This document shows, piece by piece, positions 50,370 through 59,499 of a stretch of 64,000 nucleotides of DNA. The first letter of the stretch is position 1, and every line of letters starts with the position of its first letter. The notes beneath the pieces are model-generated. The model did not search any database. It was not told where the DNA came from and worked only from the letters and a program-made list of their open reading frames with translations. Source of the DNA: Dicyema japonicum (Eukaryota > Animalia > Dicyemida); contig RDEW01000003.1 of the NCBI GenBank assembly GCA_011109175.1, positions 1,422,429 to 1,486,428 on the forward strand. The letters are read 5' to 3'. The position numbers were made by a program, and so were the translations under genes.

Positions 50370-51820
50370 TTCTTACCTCTCCTTATGTTCCTCATCAATG
50401 TTTCCCCTCATCAACTGGACTGTAAAATATGAACTAAAAAGTGATCACGACCCTATTATGATGAAAATCAACACTGCAAATAAATTTATCAGACAGAATT
50501 CCACTTTTTTAAATTTTGAAAGCGCAGATTGGTCCAACTTCTTCTAATTACATCGACACCAATATGGAAGTATTTTACACATTGGTATTCTCATCAATTG
50601 ACCACATGATCAAAACTTTCACGGACATTATACTCCAAGCAAGAAAACTATTTATTCCAATGGGATGCCATCAAACAAGGAATACCTAATAAAAACACTT
50701 ATCAGAGAAAGAAATAAATTAAAGAAGCAAAAGGAATTATCAAATGACGATTTCCAAAAAATGAAATCCTTGTTTCCCGGACGCTGCTTATAGAGAAAAT
50801 TTCTAACACTCTTATAAATCCAAACATTAAAAGATGGCTGTCGAACTTTTTAAGTGGAAGAAGAGGACAAGTGATGTCAGACAACAGAAAATCTAAATCC
50901 CGTTTATTGCCGAATGGTGTCCCTCAAGGTTCACCTCTCTCTCCCCTGCTCTTCAACCTGTACATTAATGACCTTCCCACCAACGACGATCCCGATACAT
51001 TAATACTCTCATACGCAGATGACATTGTTCTTTCAACGAGAGACTCTAACTATGAGAAGGCAGGGATAAAACTTCAAAGTTATATTAGTATGCTGGAACA
51101 TTGGCTCACATCAAATCGACTGGAAGTTTCTACAGGAAAGTCGTTTATAACAATTTTCTCTACATATAGAAGATCATTATACTCTCCCAAAATCAAATTG
51201 TTTGGATATGAAATTCCTATGAATAAGTCTCCAACAATACTAGGATTAAAGTTGGATACTCTCCTGACATTCGGCCAACATGTCAATGACGTTATTACCA
51301 AAGTCAGGAGGAGGACTAACATATTGAAAATTTTGTTCCGATCACCAATGAATTTACCGGACCATCGGGCACAACACCTTCTTACTACAGAAAATTTGCA
51401 GACAATACAGACTGCCAGTAATCGAATATGCATGTCCCTCCTGGAGCTCGATGATTTCTGAATAGTCGTATCAAAAATTAGAAGCCGCACAACTTGCTGC
51501 CTTGAAAATAATAAATAAGAAAACTGTGGATAACGTATTGAATGTTAAAGAACACCTAAGGTGGAGAGTGATGTCATTTCTACAGTGGGCAATAAAAACC
51601 GGCTGTCCGCTTTCACTCTATATCTGACTATCTAGAAAATGCGGGAAATCTATGGAGAATGAGACCGTCCCCGTTTCTACCAATTCTGTTGGATCTTCGA
51701 GGACCCCGAACGAGAGCCAGAACCCGGAAAACTGGGATCACTTAGTTAGTAGTTAACTTTTAACTTTTTCTTTCTATTTTCTAATCCGGTGATCTTGGGG
51801 TAAAAAAAAGAAAAAAAAGA
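50370..51820 (+). mobile_element. Internally deleted APE-type LINE with 3' stem-loop and A-rich tail
   Basis: KSDHDPIMMKIN (endonuclease end), NGVPQGSPLSPLLFNLYINDL, SYADDIVL, PTILGLKLDT. 3' end gggatcact..ggtgatct..aaaaaaaag. Confidence 0.88.
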
Positions 51821-52922
51821 CACATCACCACATTGTCAGGGACGAGAAGATACCAGCATAGTCCCAGATAGACAACATAGTGTGCAGGTAAGTGCAAAAG
51901 AGATTGCTAGTTGACTTCTGATCCTATAGCAATCATGTGACCTCATCGGATAGCAGAATAGTTGAAATTACTTGGAGATGTATCCCCAACATAATGATAG
52001 AAATCAGTCACAATGATCATGAAGCTTGCAGTCACCATGATCCTAAATACTGGCATTCTCTGACACTCAATGACATTAAAAATTCAGACAACTGTGGTCA
52101 ATATAGGGTTGCCCCACCATTAGCGTCACTTCCCCGGCCAAACATATATTTTTCCTTATCCCAATGTTAATGATCAGAAAGTTACGCTAATGGTCGGGAG
52201 AGAGACTCCTCGGTAACTCATGCGATTTAAATAAAAGAGACTAGGGATTACTCCGCCCAATCACTCAGCATCAGTTGAAGATTATGTGACATAAATTCTA
52301 ATAGCATATTGGATGAGATAGAAGTTTATTGCAGAATCCCACGTGCACTTTCACTATAATTAACGCTTCAAATTCACTCTAATTAATGAATCGGTCACTT
52401 TTGATGAAAGAGAAAAAAAATCATGACCAAATTGGACCAAACTTGGAGATTGAACAAAGATTTCATGTCGAATTAATGATTCTTATAAAACATCAATAAA
52501 AAAATAACAGAATTTTTATAAGATCCATAATACTTATAGCTGCGCATGTGCAAAACATGAACTTTGTTTTTGGAGTAGGTCAACTTTTTCCAAGAACCTG
52601 AATGTTAACTAGGACTCTCAATAACTTCATGTTGTCCGCGTTTTTTTATTTTTTTTGTTTTCCTAGCCGTTTCGTAAAAAAATGGAATAGTTACCCCTGT
52701 TTTTCCGCGAAAGCGTCCTTCTTTGCAAACATAATAGCTTTCCATGGATCTCTTTTTCTAATATGTTTTCAATTTTTTTGTTACGTATGAGTAAAATTAT
52801 TAAAAATATATATAATTAAATCTTCTCATAATAAATACAGAAATAAAATTATTTAATTTTTTTTAATTTTTGATTGGTTAACCTAAATAACCTAATAAAG
52901 CCACATTATTACAATTATTCTA

Positions 52923-53868
52923 ATGGGTAAAGAAAGTGATCTCTCTTTTCTTGAGAGTTTTGCGTTGAGCGGAGTTGCAGCCGTTGTTTCAAAAACAGCA
53001 GCCGCTCCAATCGAGCGAATCAAACTTCAAGTTCAAAATCAGAGCGAAATGATCAAAGCAGGAAGACTATCTCACCCATATTCAGGGATCATTGATTGCA
53101 GTGTAAGGACCTACAATGCAGAGGGTACATGTTCGTTTTACGCCTTTGATAGGATTCTTATCGTTCTGGCGTGGAAATTTGGCTAATTGTCTGCGATATT
53201 TCCCAACCCAAGCTCTTAATTTTTGCTTTCCGTGATCAAATCAAAGCTGCTTTCAAATCAAGCAAGAATGAAAGCTATGGGCTGAAAGTTTCCAAGAATA
53301 TAGCCTCGGGTGGAGTCGCTGGAAGTCTTTCGTTGGCTTTTGTGTATTCCCTCGACTATGCTCGAACTCGACTGGCCAACGATAACAAGGCCACGACGAA
53401 GGGGCTCGCTGAACGACAATTCAACGGTCTGATTGACGTTTACAGAAAAACTATCAAGTCCGACGGGTTTATTGGCCTCTACCGGGGATTCGTGATCTCT
53501 TGTGTTGGAATCTTCATTTACAGAGGCTTTTATTTTGGCTTGTATGACACACTCAAGCCGTTTTTGCCTAATGAGAACTCGATCCTAATGAACTTCATTC
53601 TGGGGTACTTTGTAACTGTGACTGCTGGACTTATGTCGTACCCAATTGACACAGTTAGAAGGCGAATGATGATGACTTCAGGAGAGGCTGTGAAATACAA
53701 CGGATCGGTGGATTGTTTGCTCAAGATTATTCGCACAGATGGGAGTATGTCGTTAATGAAGGGGCTGGAGCCAATGTTCTTCGTGGGATTGCCGGTGCTG
53801 GTGTGCTTTCTGGGTTCGATAAGCTGAAGGAGGTGTACATCCAGTCAAGAATGAGATTCGTTGTTTAG
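52923..53868 (+). CDS. ANT: ADP/ATP translocase (SLC25A4/5/6 family)
   Basis: [62 protein letters not shown] (RRRMMM signature). 28-nt intron 53125-53152. Two homopolymer frameshifts (+T near 53221, -G near 53762). Confidence 0.95.
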
Positions 53869-54179
53869 AGTTCTCTATTAATTCTACCATTAATACTACT
53901 AATGACAATATCCTGTTTTAATCACTTCACTTGTTTAGTGGACTATTTGTTACTATAGGAATCATGAGGTCAATCTGATGGGATTGGTTATTAGTGACGT
54001 AATTTTTGTTAACCAAGCTATTTATTACCTTAAATTGGTAGTTTTGTTATTTAGGCTACTGTAGCTAATTACGTCATTATCTCTAGTGCATGACGTTAAT
54101 TTACGTGGATATTGATTGTTTAAAAAATAAGTTTTAATGAATGATGCTTTACCCATATTTGTTGTTATGCATATCTTTA

Positions 54180-54352
54180 GATTAACTCCCAACCGAAATT
54201 TTAGGGATTCTAGGAACCAAATCGCTTATTTTTATACCTGTCATGGGTCGATGATAGCAAAAAAGGAGGGACAACCGAGAAGACTGATAGAACGCATTTC
54301 CTTATGAATCGTAAGAGGGAATGTGTTCTCAGTTGCGAAAGCTGCTTACTAA
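54180..54352 (+). mobile_element. CRE-clade 3' tip
   Basis: PTEILGILGTKSL..GSMIAKKEGQPRRLIERISL*IVRGNVFSVAKAAY*. Confidence 0.75.
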
Positions 54353-54674
54353 TTTATAACTTTGGGATTGGAGTATTGGACACAGATGATACTACGATCT
54401 AGGACCACACATATAAATTATACATTGCACGATTTTATGGTTACTGCTACACATATAAATTATACTTTGCACGATTTCATTAATTATTTAATTGATGATT
54501 GACTCACCATAACAACTATCATAGGTCAAATTATATTAAATTGTAATGTACTTCATAATCCACAAAAGTAAAAGGTAAGAAAAATTATTTATTTTACCTT
54601 ATGAAATTGATGACCCAATTTATGAAGAACTAACATATTTTTAATGATTTAAAAATGTTAAAAGAACACTTAAT

Positions 54675-54870
54675 TTACGGAGCTTGAATAACCATGCTGT
54701 TTCCTCTGAAGATAGTTATCAAAACACGCAGCCATTCAGTCTCACTTGGATCCATGGTGACCCTTGGGTTCATTGAGCCAATCATACGGACTAGATCGTC
54801 AGCTTGTGGGCCAAGTATTCTTGACGTCTCAACAGCAAATGGGACAAATAACTTACATATTTTAGAAAGA
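54675..54870 (-). mobile_element. CRE-clade 3' tip, open frame to stop
   Basis: FVPFAVETSRILGPQADDLVRMIGSMNPRVTMDPSETEWLRVLITIFRGNSMVIQAP*. Confidence 0.85.
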
Positions 54871-55144
54871 GAAAAATTAAAACGGCGAAACGCATGCAGG
54901 TAACTCCTCTTAAAGGCTAAGAGTAACTAAGAAATTGGCAATTTGAGCCACTTTATAAAATTTATAATCGTTGTTAGAAAAAAAACCGCAAATCAAAACA
55001 TTTAAAATCTGAAAGACCACAAAATAGTAAATTGGACATATAATTAGTTTTTTGGTCATTTAAGTTATTTAAAGCATTTAATTACGGCTTTAACGATACT
55101 CAAGAATGAATATTAGTTTCTCTTAAGATTTCATGTCTATATTC

Positions 55145-55450
55145 CGGATGCGCAGTGTCATAAGTGCAAAAGGCCTGATGGCTCTGGTTCGAATCTCGCT
55201 GCTGTACATTCCGGATGAAGGTGCCACGCATCTACAATGCTTTGGCTTGACGAGTGACGCCGTCATCAGTGAAAATTTCACTAGGAACCGAATCGTCTAC
55301 AAAAGGACTCACACGCAACAAAAAAAGGAAGTGAAAAGCTTTTCTTGGCTCCTCCTCATTGATTAGATATCATAACTGTTCTTTACTTAAATAAAGTGTG
55401 TCCTCTCTGGGTGGAACTATAGGTAACACGGCTCTGCGTAAAGTGCAGAA
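55145..55450 (+). mobile_element. SINE, second subfamily, with a third type of 3' tail
   Basis: B-box ggttcgaatc, body tgacgagtgacgccgtcatcagtg, aaataaagtgtgtcc, then tail ..tctgcgtaaagtgcaga.. Confidence 0.85.
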
Positions 55451-56239
55451 TTTATTTTATGCCTATATTCTTACCAGTTAGTCGAAGGTTGAGGGGTGCA
55501 GCTATATTGCGCAGAATGTCTACTTAGTTTCATGTTGTATGAAAGGTCATGTCTTTTTTTCTTGAACTAGACCATTCCTTCCCGTTCTTCAGGTTCTGAA
55601 TGTAAGATATTGTAAAAACTCAGCTTCTGTGACAATAAGAACTTGATAAAATTTATTAGTCAGAAAATTTCAGGTATTTTTGAAAAATGATTAGAAAACC
55701 GCAATTAATGAAATTTATTTCACTATTTTCATCAAACGATCAAAAAATCAGTTTGCGGTTGAATGAAAATTCAATTTTTGAAAATAAATATTTTCCCTTT
55801 TCGAACGTCCAAAATACGAATCCGACGAGCATTTCAATATTTTTCAGTAAATTTTCGTGATATTGTGAACCTATTTTATTATTTTAATATTATCTGCATC
55901 ACTAACATGTGGTTATTCACGTGGACTCAAAAATATTTTTAAAAATAGTAATTTTAATATTTTCACAATTATTACGAATACTTGGAGACAGTGAGGACAT
56001 GAGGGTCATAGTGGGTATGGACATATTAATGGAACAATACTTCAACAATGAGAAAAGACCCCTTCTCCCCTTTAGAGGAAGCCGAGGGTCACTCTTCCTG
56101 TGGTCCTCAACAAGGATCTTAAGATGATTGTAAAGAAATCGAATTTATAGACGACCTTGAAGATATACGGCTGCATGCCGCTGACGGAGTCACTGGAGAC
56201 GTCTGGTGAAGAAGAATCATGTGGAGACCAACTTTCTTT

Positions 56240-56330
56240 TGGCCATGTTAGTCGAAGATTGACGAGTGACGCTGTAATCAGTGATTCATAACTGGAAAAA
56301 AATTGTCTCAGGGACTCACACTTGTCAAAC
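56240..56330 (+). mobile_element. SINE body fragment
   Basis: ttgacgagtgacgctgtaatcagtg..aactgga..ggactcacac. Confidence 0.65.
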
Positions 56331-58130
56331 TGAAGCACCGGGTCCTTCCTCGACCCTGGCAATAACAACCTCTCAATATAAGAAAAACAAGAATCCCTTA
56401 ATTTGGAAAAAACTGATACACCATATCCTGAATAAAATCAAACGAATAAACTTCCAGTCCTCCTGCCGGTCGCATCCATCATTTGTGCGTTGTCACGGGT
56501 GTTGGAAAACTGATCCATCTCAAGATCCGTCCTTTCGTAACTCTACCATCTTTTCTACACGGATTCCGCGAAGGACACCCAACAACAACCCATTTAACAA
56601 AACTGGTTCAATTTATTTCGGACCTCAAATCCACACAAAAGAACCGTGGTGGTCTCAGTGGATGTAGAAAGGCTTTTGACTCAGTATCCCTCAAGATCTT
56701 TAAGGCAAAATGTTTCATGACGTCGATCCACCCTAAATTCAAGTGGTGGTTGGCTAACTTCATCAACTCAATATGTTTCTCAGTGACCTCCTCTCCCGAA
56801 CTACCAAAAATTCAATTCTTTATCGTACGCAGATGATTTCGTGATTGCAGTGAAATATCAAAGAGTCGAGGAGGTCCGTGCAAGAGATATTAAACTTGAT
56901 GGGTATTTGGTTCTTGAAGAACCGCGTCAAAGTATCACCAGGAAAGTCACATGTAACGACGTTTACCTCATTACGAAAAAAGATACGGAGAACACCAGAA
57001 GTAAAATTATTTGATTTTCTGATCCCCAGTAAGAAGACCATTTCAATCCTTGGAGTCACACTGATCCCCTCCTTAAAAGAGGGAAGATCGATTGTCTCAC
57101 ATCTAAATACATGAAAGAAATTCAGAACAGACGGTTTAAACAAAAAACCCAGAAAGTCGATTGTCTGCTCAATCGACATCCAGAAAGCATTTGACTCAGT
57201 TCCGAGGAAGATCACCACCAACAAAATTTATTCGTCGAATATTGACGCAAATGTTAAGTTATGGTTGGGAACTTTCTTGAGCGGTCGCCGGGGCCGAGTA
57301 CGACAGGGTAATCGATGTTCCGCATCAAGAATATTACCAAATGGCGTTCCTCAGGGTTCCCCATTATCTCCTCTCTTATTCAATCTCATGACGAATGACC
57401 TACGAATTCCACAAAGTGACAACGACACATCACTCTCCTACGCGGATGATATAGTGTTGCATCGAAGGATGTGAGTATTATCGACGCGAAGATTACAGGA
57501 CAGCCTGAATAATCTGAGTATGTGGATTTATGGAAGCCAATTGAGAGCAAGTCGAAGAAGTCAATCTGACACTTTCAGTCAAACAGGAGACTGGGGAAAC
57601 TGTTAATTGGCGTCAAGTTAGGCAGGAAAACTATTCCGCAAAACAAAACCCAGAAGATCCTCGGAGTTACCTTCGACACTTCTTAACCTTTTCAACCCAT
57701 GTTGAAAGGGTGGTAACGGCTTGTATGAAGAAGATCAACTTCATGAAGGTTTTTTGGAACCTAAGAGACTCCAAAGACCTAAATGGATTGGATACCCTAT
57801 ACAGACAGTACATTGAAACTACAATTGGGTATGTATGCGCTGCTCAAGGGACAAACCTCGCCGCGACGATTCCTAAAGGTCCATAATATTCAGTCAAAGG
57901 CGGCGAAAATACTAAAGAAATCTTTTTGCAAGGAAATCCTGCCCAAAAGCTTTGAAAATATGGTTAATGCAGCTGGAACTATTTTCTGGCAAAGATTCAT
58001 CCGCGTGAACCCCGTCCTTATCGTAAATATGGTGGAAAGCAATCTGAACACCAGGAAAAGATGTGAAGACTTCTGAGGGAGGCCGGGATCACCTGAATTT
58101 TCTCATTCTAGCTATGAAGGTTTTGGTTAA
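56330..58130 (+). mobile_element. Two consecutive degenerate LINE RT segments
   Basis: First set: HGFREGHPTTT, KAFDSV, SYADDF, ILGVT. Second set: IDIQKAFDSV, GVPQGSPLSPLLF, SYADDIV, KILGVTFD. Ends near gggatcacc at 58084. Confidence 0.8.
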
Positions 58131-58429
58131 TAAATTTAATTTTAAATTTCGATCTTTTGTGAAATATTTGATATTAGCGAAATAGCTTTTTCCACAGAGG
58201 CAGAACATGCAGTACAACTTTCAAGATTTGCATAGACAAATGGTGGGAAACTTTTATTCGAATCTTTTTCATCTAACTTCATTTTTGAATTCCTTAAGTT
58301 TTCTTGGATTGCAACAGAAGCGTGTGTCTGTCGTCAACGATATCTTCGAGTGCACTCTAAGTATACTTGTATCTATTCTGAAGATATGTCAAAACAGTCC
58401 CCACCTCTCTCTATAGTATCCATACATTT

Positions 58430-59420
58430 ATTTATTTTATTTATTTAGAACCCGGATCACCAAGAAAGAAAGACAAAAAACGTCAAACAGTTAGGTAATC
58501 CCAGTTCTCGTAATCAAATGAGCCATCCAATGTCTATGGTCTCCTATTGTTCCCACTACCGTGCGAAAGCAGAGGAATCCGATTGGGGAGGAAAAACTTC
58601 CTAACCAATCGACTTTCTTTTGCCTTGGAAAAGGACAGGTTAAGCGGGTTTCCGTCCTCCTTACAGACATGAAGGAATCCGATTCGCGACTACGGTCGCA
58701 GCTTCCGTGAGTAGGGATTAACCGTTAATCAGAGTGAGGGCCCATCATAGATATAGTTTTCCGGTATATGGAATTGATTCTGTGGAGCGTAGTCTCTGAT
58801 AACGCGAATCTCCATGCAACAGAGGTACACTCCACATCTGGGGCGGTTTGCCGGTAGAGTTTTCCAACAGAAGCGTCCAAATTTAAAGAAGTCTTTCAGA
58901 CAACCGCGCGAATAAAATTCAACTTCTGCAGTCCTCCCAACCACAGCTTTAGGTTCGGACGAACCTTCGAATCAAAAATCTTCCCAATAAGAAGCTTTCT
59001 TGGGACTGTGTTGAAAGCCTTGTTTATGTCGATTGATACCATTATAGTTCGATGTGTGGTGGAATGACATTAAATCCATCGGCTTTGAATTGGATAAACC
59101 TTCCAAGACGAAAACCATGTTGAAAAGCCGTTTGAATAAGGTAATGGCAGATAGTACCAGTTTTTCAAGAAGTTTTAATAATGTGCTGGTTATGGAGATT
59201 GGCTTGTATGAAGCAGGTTGTCTTTCCGGTTTTCCAGACTTCAAAACTGGTTTGATAACAGAGTTCTTCCAAATATTGTAGTTAATAGACAGGTTAAATA
59301 CTGCGTGAGGTAGCCAATTGTGTATTTGTTTAGGTGTTTCAGGTGAATTGAAGATACTTTGTAGTACCGAGGTCCGTGAGTACTTTAATCCGGCGATAAC
59401 CTCTGAGTACCCATACATAG
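58430..59420 (-). mobile_element. Internally deleted LINE with 3' stem-loop and (TAAAA)n tail
   Basis: WKNSVIKPVLKSGKP..SYKPISITSTLLKLLEKL. 3' stem ggattacc/ggtgatcc at 58494/58454. Confidence 0.8.
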
Positions 59421-59499
59421 TTAAACAAAAAATTAAGACTAAATTTTATTGAAAGTACAAAATCAATAAGCATCATTTATTAGTTTGACACAAGTATCC

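Noticed and set aside
51080-51490. Antisense ORFs in the track (e.g. 51080-51490, 792-1028, 34911-35215, 46650-46880)
   Set aside because: They are shadows of real coding frames on the opposite strand and have no recognisable motifs.
53215-53765. Frameshifts in ANT (also RNF212 and the MULE transposase) as programmed frameshifting or pseudogenisation
   Set aside because: All are single-base changes in homopolymer runs within otherwise conserved genes. Long-read consensus error is the simplest explanation, pending read polishing.
55533-55546. 14-nt match to the U6atac 5' end (tgttgtatgaaagg)
   Set aside because: Similarity stops immediately, with no downstream U6atac stem or catalytic motifs.
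58560-58710. Hairpins (cgattgg..ccaatcg; gcgac-tacg-gtcgc) and an 11-nt direct repeat
   Set aside because: Single occurrence inside a decayed LINE 3' region, with no second copy to show covariation.
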